Positions 16,675-30,400 of a stretch of DNA of 64,000 bases are shown in pieces (within the stretch, counting starts at the first letter, position 1; each line of letters opens with the position of its first letter). A model generated the notes under the pieces. The model was not told where the DNA came from and did not search any database. It saw nothing but the letters and a program-made list of their open reading frames with translations. The stretch is from assembly GCA_018398765.1 (NCBI GenBank), contig JAHBMJ010000113.1:1-64000 (forward strand). Direction: 5' to 3'. The position numbers and the translations under genes are program-made. The stretch is from Chromera velia. Its lineage: Eukaryota.

Positions 16675-17121
16675 ATGCTTCGTCTCACTTCTAAGAGGAA
16701 GGTGTTCGCCTTGGTGACGGCACTCTCAAGCTTCTCTTCAGCGTCGAACGCTTATCAGATGTCTCTCTCTGCAAGCAGTGTGATTGTGTCTGGTGGTGGG
16801 GTCCGGAGTGTGAACCAAGCGTACACAGCGAAGGAAGCGTCTGAAATCCCTGAAGGCTTTGCGAAAGTCTGTCGAGGCCAAGGATGGGACACGAAGTCAA
16901 CTTGGGAGAAGCTGAACAAGGGGAAGAGCTGGTATGGTGCAGAGAACGGTGCGTACATTTACTTGAACGAGATGGACGGAAAGTGGTGGATAGACGCGCC
17001 CTCGGGGGAGGGGGTGTACATAGCCAAAGGAGACGGCAGTCCCTCTCCGGTCTTGTCAGGGTGGACACCCCTCGACCCGTCGTACGCCCCCGTGCCCACC
17101 CTTACAGACACATGCAGCTAA
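16675..17121 (+). CDS. Intronless Trp/Gly-rich hypothetical protein with predicted signal peptide, 148 aa
   Basis: ATG at 16675 lies within ORF 16591-17121. The N-terminus has basic residues, a hydrophobic stretch (VFALVTALSSF) and ASNA|Y. The body is globular-looking (IPEGFAKVC..GW..W..LN..WY..NGAYIYLN..DGKWWIDAP.G.GVY). Confidence 0.75.
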   Translation: MLRLTSKRKVFALVTALSSFSSASNAYQMSLSASSVIVSGGGVRSVNQAYTAKEASEIPEGFAKVCRGQGWDTKSTWEKLNKGKSWYGAENGAYIYLNEMDGKWWIDAPSGEGVYIAKGDGSPSPVLSGWTPLDPSYAPVPTLTDTCS

Positions 17122-17774
17122 CAGAGCAACAGTAGACGGAAGCACACAAACACACAGACACACACAGACACACACACACAGACACACACACACACGCACA
17201 GACAGTCACACACACACAGATCGGCTAGATCGACCGCATCTCTCTGAATGCTTGGATGGAGAGGTCATTTGTGAATGCATCCTACAGAGGGACCCGGTAC
17301 TGTTCACCCAGTGGCGTGCGTGTGGTAGTTGCGGTTTTCGAAAAGTCCGCCGACTGGCGTTCGGAGTACAACGCAGTGAAGTAGAGACGCAGGAACGAAA
17401 GAAAGTAATGAGGCAGGCAGTGAGATGACAGTGAGTGAGTGTAGCTTTGAGAGGGGAATGAAACTGAAGGACATCTACCAGTTCAGTTGGGCGCTTTACC
17501 TGAGAGAGCAGACAGGAAATAACTTCACTGTATGCCTGTCTTCCTGACATGTGTCGAGACCCTCAATTTGAAAGTCAAGGTGAAAGAGCCAGAATCAATT
17601 GTATTGGTATGATGTGACTGAGTTGTATCACAAGACGATCCAGGCTTAGTTGTTGCGTATATGATGCGTGTCTTCTGTGTGTCCGAACTCTTTTGCTGCC
17701 GGTGGGTGTCTGTGCGTCCTCAAAACTGTGTCCATGCTGGGGGTATGTAGTCTGTCTTTGTGCATGCGTGACTG

Positions 17775-18660
<886 letters not shown>

Positions 18661-19427
18661 TTTTTTCGTTTGTTCATTGTTTTTTTCCCTTAATTTTTGA
18701 AAGCCTTTCGGCTGTATTCGGCTGATCGAGTCCCCGCACTCATAGAAATTTTAAGCCCGGAAAAATGATAACAGTTAGTAGTATGCAAATACTTATTTTT
18801 ACTCTGATTTTATTGAATCCTAGTAAATTTTAGGTGCTCGGGCCGCGCCCAAGGCGGCCCTCGCGATGCGCCGCCACGCCGCCACGCGCCGCCGCAGCTG
18901 TCGCCACTGCCTCAAAAAACGCGCGCGGGTCGGAGACGGCTCAGTACGGCCGGCTAACTTCACTGATCGGAGGATCACAGTGCAAAACTGACAGTAAGCA
19001 CGGCCGGGGTTTGGCAGTAACACAGAAGTAGACTTTCGAGAGTTTCGGTGCATCAGTGCATACAAAAGGCCAATGAGCGTTTTGTCGGACGACCTGCGGA
19101 AAGGTTCAAACTCATTGGAGCGTCAGAGCGAAAAGAGTGGTGCTGTCCGTATGTGAAGCCCGTTTACACATTTGTGAGAGGAAGTTGCCCACAAGCCGTC
19201 TATTGTGATTGATTGAAAGTCTGCTGGGTCCCTCAGTCTCCTTTCGTTGGGTGACCGGTGGAGTTTGTCATTGCCTGCAGTAGCAGTGTGTTTTCTTTCA
19301 TCTTTGTTGAGAACTTTCATAGCATCGTAGGTTTTCTTCGGGACACTTGTGTCCATTTCCCTGTCTGTGGCTGACAAAAGTCCAGAGGGCACGAAGAGAA
19401 ACGGTATAAGTAAAAAGCTTAAGTAAG

Positions 19428-19934
19428 ATGAGGTCAGGCCTAACTCCGGAGGAGGAGAAGCACGCGGTCATCCGCTTCTCGATTCGGAATTTTTGGAAAG
19501 TCGCGAAGACTCAAAACGATGTGGAGAGCCCCCAAATTGGTCACTGTAGGGGCTTCTTCTACCGGTCAGTCAGCCTCCCTGCCTGTCTCTTTTTGTCTCT
19601 AGCTTTTGGTCATGTATGTTCTGGTTGCAATACAGCCGCCTGGCTGTTCCTTGTTTGTCTCTTTCAAGGAGACAAGACAGACAGGGGGTTCCCGTCTCCT
19701 GACTGGCAACAGGGAGAAAGGGAGCTGCCTCTAGTTGCATGTGTTCAAAAGAGAAGAAGTAAAAACAGGGAGCATAGATCGGCATAAGTGGCCGACCAGG
19801 GGAAGAGGGCAGCCGACAGGTTACCGGAGGGAAGTTGGAAAGGAGGAACGGTGGGAGACCTGACTGAGAAGAATTGGGCAGACAAGGGGAGCGGGAAAAG
19901 AAGGAACCGTGAAGGGGACGGAAGCGAGCGAGCG

Positions 19935-19991
<57 letters not shown>

Positions 19992-21366
19992 CGCGAAGAT
20001 GAGTCAGGAGGGGGGCAAAGGAGCAGCAGCACAAATTAGGAGCGGCCTTGCAGTCGTGCGCTTGCTTCTTTGGAATGATCGGTGCAGATCTCTATTTCTC
20101 CTTGTGTGTTTGCCTGCAGTCTCCTGATCCACCCACGAGGGCAGGAAGATACAGAGAATGAAACTGCCTATCTGTCTGTCTTCCTGGAGGCTGTCAAACA
20201 AGACTGGTACCCGGACGATTGGATCTTCCCGAACGTCCGTTTCGAACTCACTGTGGTCAACTTCAAGGAACCAAAACAAAGCGTCACCAGCTGGGCACAC
20301 TGGAGTTTCTCCAATGGTGAGGCAGGAAGGAGGCAGGGAGGGACTGGGGGTGTCTTCTTTGTTTTTGATTTTGTCTTTACCATGAATTGGTTTCTGGATG
20401 CAATATGATGAGTTGATCGGGGGGGGAACTGCTCTCTCTCTCAATCTTGTTTCTATGGGAGAGTCCTTCTGTTTTTGTGTTCCACAAAGATCTTGTGTGC
20501 GTGCGTCACCGGGCTTGTGAGATTACGGGCTTTGCGCACTTGCATCTGTACACCTCATTTGCGTATCCTTGATGCGGTATGATGTTTGCTTGGTGAGGTA
20601 CATTTTGACATGCATGTGCCTGTGCGTGTCGGTGTGTCTGCATGTGTATGGGAGAGGTTCTTCGGGTTTCGTTTCTTTGTCGTCTGCCTGTCTGTCTGTC
20701 TGTCTGTCTGCGCGTACTTATGACTGCCCACTCCTTTCATAATTGCGCATGCAGACGCGACAAGCCGTGGATGGCAAGAGATGGTACATCACGACAAGCT
20801 AACGAAGGCCGCGGGGTTCGTTGACGAGGAGGGTACTGTTCTGTTGAAGGGAAAGGCAGAGCCCCCCTACGCTCAGATGTGGTCTAGGGTCCCCAAATAC
20901 AGACCCGCCGCTTTCTGGACTCCCATGAACTCCACACACGCAGCCAGAACTGCAGGTACAGCTGCGGCAAATGCAGCTGCTCTTGCGGGTGGTGGGAGTG
21001 GACCGAAGGGGTTCAATCAGATTGTGCCGTCTCAGGCCGGGACGGTGCACTTTCGCCCTCTCCCGCCCTCAGCGAGTTCGGCCCTTTCTCTTCGTTTCTC
21101 CCCCTCTGAGTGCATGGGGGGATCGTGTAAGTGCCTCGTGTTGGACAACAATGGAGGCATTCCTGCCCCCCCCCTGCCTTCCCAGCTGGACTCTGTGGTG
21201 GTGGGCCTGGAGACTTCGTTGCACACAGACTACCTCACGGTGCTCGTCCAGGTTGGTACGTTCTTCCCTTTTGACTCTGTGTGTGCATGTCATTCTGTTG
21301 GTGAGTGCGTGATATTGAACGTTGAATTGGCTGAGGAGAAACAGACTTTCGGCGTGGGGTTCCACG

Positions 21367-21403
<37 letters not shown>

Positions 21404-24400
21404 GCGTGAAAAAGAGTCCCTGCGAAAAGAGATTGGTCCGTTGGGGTCTAAATGTAAAGAGCAAGCAAGTGCACTCACTGACTGAGGGGGTGGGCAGGAG
21501 GTCTCCTGAGGAGATTGAAGCCGGGTGGGCATTCTCGATGCTCTCAAGTGCATTGCTACCGAAGGGAACCCTTCTTGTTGTTTCTCTTTTTGTTTCTCCT
21601 TCAGAGTTGGATTTCTGACGCTTTTCCGAAGACGAGTAGTGACCCGTGGGCGAGGAAAATGAAGAAGACGAGACAACTGACAGGGCATTAAAAGCAGTCT
21701 GTGCCGCCAAGAATGGTGCATTGACACGGACGCGTTTGCCCCCGCTTGTCTTTCTGTCTCTGTCTGCCTGCAGGTCTTCTTTCATCTCCGTGAATTCCGG
21801 AGGGAGGTGTTCATGTGGCGTTCTGAGCATCTCTCTTGCACCTCCACTTCCACAGGCCAGGCGACAACCTGCCAGGCCCCAAACTTTCCTCTCCGTCAGT
21901 TGGCAGCCGAACACCCTCGTCTGGCTGCGGAGACTTACCACAGATTTCTGGGTCTGGATCTGGCGGAGGGTCAAGCAGACGATCCTTACTCGACTATTGA
22001 GAAAACGATAGAGATGCAGCAACAGGCAGAGAGAGAACGGGAGAGGGGAAGGGGATCATCGTCCTCGTCTGCCCCTTGTGCTGCGTCCAGTTCCAAATTT
22101 GCCCCAAAGTTTCGAGCCCCTATTCACCATGGCTACGTCCCTGTGTGTTTTGTGGAAGCCCTTCAAAGGTGCTTCGCAAGAATGCAGCTGTGGCCCTATG
22201 CAGCAGCGGCGCACGCTCTGTCTAGAGCGAATGGGATGGGGGTAGGAAGTCTCCAGTATCTCCCCGTCTGTAGTGAGTCTGCGACAGACACCCATTCCGT
22301 CTCCAGAGACGCCGCCGGAGCCATGCAGCCCACACCGCAACAACGCCAAGCTTTGACCCTAGTTTCCCCTTTCTCTGCCGAAATTCGCCCCTGTACCAGG
22401 CAACTGCTGGTGTCTCTTCAGGCTTCAACACCCGAAAATTTGATGCTGACGCGAGACGAGCCCACAGCTCTGTCCGAAATCCACGAGCTGCTTCTGAAGA
22501 GGCTGCAGCTTGAAACGGGTCTGTCTGCACTCGCTGCCTCTGCAGCCGTGCAGAGTGGCACCTTGCGGGGTGTGACGCACGACGACGTTGCTTCCTCAGG
22601 GGGGGGTGTTGCCGCTCTAGGAGACAGCCCCTCTGCGTCCTCATCTTCATCTTCATCTTCCTCCTCTGGGACAAAGGCCAAACAGTCAAAACAGCCTGTG
22701 TTGTTTGAGACTGCGAGACTTGATAACGTGTGCCGGCTGCTCTTTTCCTCCTCTTTCCACGAGGACCAGACAGCCCTGCCTCCCCAGGCTGTGGGGGTGC
22801 CGCCTTCCATTGCTTCCGATGAGGAAGGATACCATGTGGCGTACATGAGAGTGAAGCATGTGCACTCGATGACGAAAGCTCTGGAGGTCAGCAGGGGTGT
22901 GGGGGAATCCAGAGGAGAAGAGAGCGAGGGTCGTTTCCTTGTTTGCTCTTTTCTTTGATGCTCAACTGAAGTTATCGATCTGTCTCTGTCTGTCCTCTCG
23001 GATTCAATCTTTCGTGGAGTTTCGGATTTGCACCACATAAGTGAGTGCGCTGCTTTGTCACCTCATACTAGAGGGTGAAGGTCCTCTTTTTTGTTTGCGC
23101 GTCTGTGGCTTTCTTTAATCTCCTTCCTTTGCACACCTTAATTGTGTTTTTGCAGCAATGCGGCAAGAAGATGAAGAGATACCCCGAAGTTCTCTTCACC
23201 TACTGCGTTTCCTCGAAGACCGCGAAGAAGGGGGAGCTCTTCGATGTGCCCTTGAGGATGGACGTGTCTGGTCTCCTGGACGTGTCTGCTCAGGACCCGG
23301 GGAGGGGACAGGGAGACGGGGAGAAGGAGAAGGAAAAGGGGGGGGGGAAGGATTCGAAGGACGATAAAAAGGCGGCTGGGAAGGGAGAAGACGGGGATAA
23401 GGGGAAAGGCCGACGATCCCGACAGTCAGGCAACCAGAAGGGAAACGACAAGGGAGTGAGGGCAAGAGGGGCAAAGGGTGAGTTGTCTTTCTGGGGGCAG
23501 GGAGGGGGTGAGGGAGTGGTTGACCCAGGGAGTGGTGGGAATTTTAAAGTAAAAGTGTAAACCTTGAACATCGGGAGCAAAAAGGGGGCGGTAGAAAAAG
23601 ATGTGCTGTTGAGTCCAGGCATCTGCAACAGATTGCAACGTTCAAAGCCTCAAGACAGGTTTGGTTGGAATCTCTTTTGGTTCTTTCAATAATCATTTCC
23701 GGTGCAAATAAGTGATTCAGTCCGATGATCTCACTTGTGTGACTGATGTTCCTTCGTCCTTCTTTTCTGTTTATGCACGTCTTGTCTTGTGTTGGTCCCA
23801 TGCAGATGGAGGGAAGAATGACGCCTCGTCGACTGGGGTGACAAAGCCTGCAGAGAAGTTTTATTCCCTCTTTGCCTTGATGATCAGGTCAGTCTTCTTT
23901 CTGTGAAGGATTTGCTTTGTATCAGTCCAGAAAGCTACCCTTGGCCTGTTTTTCTTTAGTCAAGCGAGTGCAAGTTCTGAGTCGGTTACCGATCCTGATG
24001 CCATTCTAGGCCCGAGATCTTCTTCTCTCCCGGCTTGCCTGCCTGCCTTCTCGCTCATGGCAGGCTGTAAAGTAACTGAAAAACACGACGACGGTGGTTG
24101 TGGCGCTTCTTTGCGGAGTTATTATCTTTGTTGTGTTTTTGTGCGTGCGTGCAGAGAAGGGGGAGACGCGCCCCCATCCGACCAGTCCCACTATCTTCTT
24201 CTGAGACCGGAGGAGGTCGGTGGGTCTGTTTGTCTGTCGATTTGCTCTCTCTCCCTCTCTCTCTCTTTTTGTGCCACCCCCCGTCTGTCTCTCTGTGTAC
24301 GCGCGCCTCTTCCGGTGCGTCGCTTTGCAGTTCTTTCCGTTGAAGAAGATCTCGTCTCGTCTTTTCAGATTGCAAGACAGAAACCCAGCCGGGACGATCA

Positions 24401-27400
24401 CCGTGTCCGTCCATTTTTTTCTTGACTTGTGGTTCAAGTTTCTTTCCCCCCTCTCTGCCTCTCTCTATCTCTGTCTCTGTGCGTGTATGCATGTGTGTAT
24501 GTGTACGTATGTATGTGTGTATGTGTATTTGTTTGCAGGAGGGGCCCTGGGTCCGCATTGTGGGGGGGAAGACCGAGGAACTGCAACCCCGGGTCGACTT
24601 CGCCGAGTGGAAGTGCCACAGGGATTTCTTCTGTGCAGGGGCGGTGTACATCGCAGAGGATTACATCGATGCCGTCTCTGCAGGTGAAGTGGAGGTGGAG
24701 ACAGACCTCAAGACTCTCAACCCCAGGTGAGTTTGAGTGAGTTTGAGAGTAAGTACACATGCAGGTGTGGCGGGTGGAGAGCGGTGGAGGGGATTGTCAG
24801 TAAAGCTCTCACGAGGAAGCGCGACGCATACACCTGTGTGAATGTCTGTTGGATGCAGGTTGTACTACGAGACTCTGGTAGAGTTGGGTGTCTACGAGTA
24901 CAACGGCCAGATCGTTCATGCGGTCCCTCCCCTGCCTCCCCAGGTGGTGCAGCCAGGGGAACAGATATGCGACTGCTCTGCCTGCCAGGCATTCACTGCT
25001 TCGGAGCTGGTGGGTGAGGGATCCCAAGCTCAACTTGAGGAACCCGGATGGTCCCTTGTGGGGTCGTCTTCGGAAGGTCGGGGGTCCTCTGGAGCTGCTG
25101 AGCAAGTCCCGCCAGTGAAGACTCAAACTGTGGGGAATTCCATTCACCTGTACGATTCCCTGCCGGTGGTGCCTCCTCCTAAATTTGAAAGGGGAACATT
25201 GGGGGGGTCACCAAACGAAAGGAGCCGGAAAGGCGCGGCCCGTGTGCCAGTGTACGCCCAGGAGGTTGCGAGAACGACCAAGAGCGACAAGGCGGAAGAT
25301 TTGAAAAATCTGCTCCGCAGTTTTGTTGTCGACCTGCTGCCGTCTCCTGCCAAGAGGGCCCTTCAGAACAGCGAGACGGCCCTCAAGGCTCTCAGCACCC
25401 CTCCCGCCTCTCCGGGAGATGCCCCTCCGTCTGCTGCTGTGGCCTTCAACTTTGACCTCGCCCTTTCTCAACTGATCCTCACCATCCATCAAATTCAGGT
25501 GTGTGTCCCTCTTTGTCTTTTTGTCTGTCTTTTTGTTTGTCCATCTCTCTGTCTTGTCTGTGTTTTTGCCTCTCTGTCTGTCTGTGAGCGTTCCTTTCTA
25601 TTGACCGATTGACTGATTGAGGTATTACCGTTTCTTCCATTCTGTTTTCTTCCCTGCACGCTTTCTCCTTTCTCCTCGCATCTCTATTGGGGGGGGCAAT
25701 TGGTGAATCGTCCAGATCTGAATGGTGACTCCTCCTTTTTCCTTTCCCTTCCCTTTCCGACTCTTTCTGCCTCGCACGTCACATCGCAGGTCGACGTTGA
25801 TCGGTTTTGCAACTACCACGCAGCCATTGCGAACTCTGCCGCAGACCCTGTGAGCAGAGATGGAAGGGGGGCGCAATTGCTCGCGATAGAGGAAGGGGGA
25901 ACGACCGGCCTCGGAAAAAGAGCCCCCCCGTCATCCTTAGAGGATGGTGGGCAAAAAGCCGAAAAAGAGAGGGGGGGAGGGGGGCAGGGAACCCTGGCAG
26001 TCCCCGGACCCAAAACACATCTTCCCCCCCCTCCATCTCCAACCGCTTCTACCGCCTCCTCTCCCAGTGCTGGGGGCGCATTTGAGGTTTGTGGACGTGT
26101 GGAAGCGCTGTGGGCCTCGTGCCTGCACTGCTGGGACATCGCAGCTTCTTCAGCATCTACCGCAGCAGCGTCCTCTTCGTCCTCTTCCTCATCTTCCTCT
26201 TCCTCCTCTGCTGCTCAGAGGGGAGGATCGGGATTGAACAAAGTAGAGGAGCGTTGCTCAGGCAACTTGATAGCTGAGGTTGTCTGCACTGCCATTACGC
26301 ACACCATCGAGACGACCATCGAAAACTGGGTGCACGAGCACGTGGCCATACGGAGAGCAGCCAGTACGAACAATCCCACCGTAGCCGCGGCAGCAGCTGC
26401 TGCGGTCATGGCTGCAAAGAAGACCGTTGTGAATGCGGGAGTGACGTCTCTTCGTCCACTCTCATACAGACAGTCTAGGAGGGAGATGTGTCTCCCCAAT
26501 TTCCCCGAGACCAACGCGCTCGAGCGGACAGTTGCCCTCGCCTTTGAAGCAGGGTTACGTGCATTGAAGGGAAAGACCGCGGACACCGGAGAGGCAGGTG
26601 GTGAGACGTCTTTCTCTGCCTCGGCAGTCCCGCCACAGGCTGCCGAGGCCGACTCTTCACTCCCCTCCCCGGCCCCCACACCCAATGCGGCCTCGGCCCC
26701 AACCTCACGGGTTCTTGCTCTCGCTGAGGGGAATGAGGCTGCGATGCTTCTTCATCTCACACGTCAACATCCCCTCGCCTCAGGGTTGCCTCTAGGATCA
26801 GTCGTCACGGCATTCCGCCAGGCCATGCAAGAGGGGGCCCAGAAAATTCGCCAACGTTTCCCTTTCTCTTGGAACCCCGCACGTAGCGACCTTGGAGACC
26901 TGCTCGGTCTGATCGACGCAGACCAACAATCCGCCTATGAAGTCGACCCTTCTGTGTTTGCACCCCCCGGAATCCCAGGAGACCCCCCCGCTCCCCTAGC
27001 AACGACTGGGGCCTCAAGCCTAGAACGTCCAGTCCTACGCACAGGCTTTCCTGTCTATGCGACCGTCTCCCTAGTGTTTGATTCCGACCTCTGGGGAATC
27101 GAGGGGTTCTCTACTGAGGACCTTCTCCTCGAACTGGAGGCGGAACTCTGTCTCACAAGAACAGCCACTTGTTTCTTCCAGCAGAAGAAAGAGAAGGACA
27201 AAGATCAGTCTGCAGCAGGCCAGCAGCATGGGGGAGAGGATCGGGGAGCTTCTGAAAGTTCTTCTGGGGGGCAGGCGGGTGGGGGCGGTGTTTTAACTTG
27301 TCCTCTGTATGGCTTGGATAACTTCACCGTCGCGTCTTCGGGTGCGAGGGGAAGCAGACAGATCAAGATGAAGTCTCGGCGGCTTACCGTCAGGTCAGAG

Positions 27401-30400
27401 AGAAGCCATGACAGATACACAGACAGAAGCAGCCCTGTCTACATACGGCTGAGATTTGTGAAAGAAAGGAGAAAGAAAAAAGGACGAATATCTCCATGCA
27501 GTCACTCAGAGAAGGCCGGCAGAGTCGGCTATATGAATGAGAGAGATTCTTCTTTCAATAGGCAAGAGAGCTGGGGGGGTTGGAGGGAAGAAGACTGAGA
27601 AACTAGAGAGAGAGAGCCAGAAAGATACAGAAGATACGGAGACGAGCATCTAGAAGGGTCACCAACAAATCAGGTCTGTGTTTCTTTTCTTGATAGTCAA
27701 GTCAAGACCCTCTCCCCTGTTTTTTCTTATTTCTTGTACTTCTTCCTTCTACCGCTCTTCTCTTTCCGTCTCTCATTTGATTGCTCTCTGTGATTGGTTG
27801 ATGACTCCATTCAGACGCGACGCCCCGGTTGAGGCCCTCTACCAGGCCTTGCGCAAGTTCTTCCTCAAGCACCTCAGTGCTGCATCCTCGCACATTTACA
27901 ACTCCCTCCCGTGGGACACCTTGCATCAATTGGAGTCCTCCAACGATGCGGCGATGCAGCTGGAGAGAGAAAGGGAAGGCAGAGATGGGGGAGAAGCAGG
28001 TGACAGTGCTAGTCAGTCTGTCCAGGACGAACGGAGAGGAGAGGGGGGAGCTGCAGGAGGAGGGAAGGGTACGATCTCGGGTCAGGCTGGTGTTGCCTCT
28101 TCGTCTTCAAAGAAAGACGCGTCTTCCAAGAAAAAACAGAAAAAGAAAGAACGCGACTCGGGAACCCAGCAGTTCACTGACCACCTCACCTCAGACCCTC
28201 TCACTCCCTCTGCGCGAATTGACGGTATTGAGGGAAGCGAGTGGCTCCCCCCTGGCACTGCAAAGATCCTGCAGACACTCTGGCTGTATGCTCTCACGGC
28301 AGATGCAGACAAGGAGCGGAAACACAGGTGGGTCAGTCGGTCCAGGGGGGTGGGGGGGGATGCAGGTGTGGCGGTGTGGTTGGAGAAAAGATTGGAGAGT
28401 TTGTACGATCGCTCAAGTCCAAGCTGGCATTACTGGGAAGGAAGACAAGCATTCATACCCCCCTGGTAGATTTTACGTGAGTATTGGAGGAGAGAGGAAG
28501 CAGAGAGAGGGTCTTTAATCGGAGATACGTGGAGGTCGATATTCATCTTTTTCTCCGCATGATTTGAGTCTGTTTTCCTTTTTTTTTTTGGCCGATGTTA
28601 AAGGATCAGCAGCAACGTCGTGTGTTTTGTGCGTGCAAGTTCGAGTCGTCTCCTTTTGTATCCCGAAATGGGCTGATGGCCTACCTCATGGACAAACGAA
28701 TGAAAGCATGAACAAATGATTATGCAGGCGGCGGTTCTACCTTATGGACCCTTCCCTGCCTGTGGATAACTACCTTGATGATGCTGGGCAGAGGAAACTT
28801 GACGACCCGAACATACCGGACTTGATGGTCGGTTGGTTGGTGCGTTTCGTTTCGTTAATATGTCTTCTTCAGATGCTTCTTTCCCTCTTGGCTTTTCCGT
28901 TGTTTTGTGTGCAGACTGACTGTATCCACACATAGTCTCTCTTTTCTCTGATTTCGTAAACAGAGAATTGTGCGTCCGCATTTGATTCCCCCAGAGCTGT
29001 AAGAAGATGAGTAAGCGCAAGCCCGCATGCAGTGTAGGGCTGACTGACTGCCTCTGTGAGTGGCCAACCCTGCATGCAGGTGCTAGTGATGAAGCCTCCA
29101 ATCATTGAGGAGACAGAGAAGCCTGCCGAGAAGAAAGTGAACTCGAAGAACGCACTCACAGAGACGCCACTGTCGTCCACCCTCCCGGATCCACTGGCTT
29201 TGGTGAACTCCTCATCCTCCAACCCGACAGCCACAATGGAGGCCATTGACCAGAACACACCGCTGTTGGTCTTCAAATGGTTTGCCCCCTACGCAGGAAC
29301 TCTCCACTGCTTGGGCCCAGTCATTGCTGATGGGAGGACCTCTTTGCAGAAGTGCATCCAAGAGTGGGTGCTCCCAAGGTCCGTCTGTTTTTTTTTTTTT
29401 GCGGTTGTAGCTCTCACTCAGCCTCTCCCGCCCCCCCCTGTTTGTATATTTTCACACACAAAATGGTCTACCGAGTGGGCACTCCGAAGCCATGAGAGTG
29501 AATGGAAGCGAGTGACTCACTGGTCACTTAGCATGGCTCTTTTCTCATTCCTGGAGTCAAGGATTGGCTCAATGTCTCTTTATCGGAGTTTCCTCCCAGT
29601 TGCAAGCGGTAGTCTCTGTCTCCTCTGTCGTGCCCTTTGGCTTACTTCTCTTCTCTTCTCTTCTCTTCTCTATCTGTCTCAGGGCGATGATGATCTCTCC
29701 CAGCGACGCTCCCCTGATTGCCTCAGCCCTGAAGATGATGCCCTCCAAGGCGGGGAAGGGGAAGCAGGGGGGGGGGACAGGGGCAGGGGCTGCCGCAAAA
29801 GCCGGTGGTGGTGGGGGTGGTGCACTGAGCATCACAGACTTCCTTTCGTTGCGTTCTTTCGAGGAACTTCATCTTCGGTCTGTTCAGCCCGTCCGACGAC
29901 TGCAGACGAGCATTAAGAAGATCAACAGGAGATCTGGTGATGTGATCATCGTTCAAATCGATGTCGAGAAACCTGTGATGTCCCCCCCTCTGCAGCCCTC
30001 AGTACCCAACGCCGCAGCTGTCGCATGGAAGTCAGCGTCAAGTGACAAGTTCCTCAGCAACAGAGGAGCCGAAATTTCTCCAGACGCACAAAGAAGATTT
30101 GCCTCAAACATCCGATTCCTTCAACCGAACCGCCCGATTGTATCCCTTCGTATGTGGCCGCAACAAGTCAGCAACCCTTCATTGCTGATTCCCCGTCCCC
30201 AACCGGATAACCTTCCCCTGGTTGACATTCCCGTCGAGGCTCCTTTAGGCGTTCAGATCATTCAAGCACTCCAGGCCACCCGGAAGGATGACCTGGTTGT
30301 GCCTTTCCCCGGCACAGAGCAAATGTCTCTGGAAGAATTGGCACAGGCGATGATCTGTCAGGGTGTTTTAGATTTGAAGACCCTGGGTCAGGTCGGGAGT

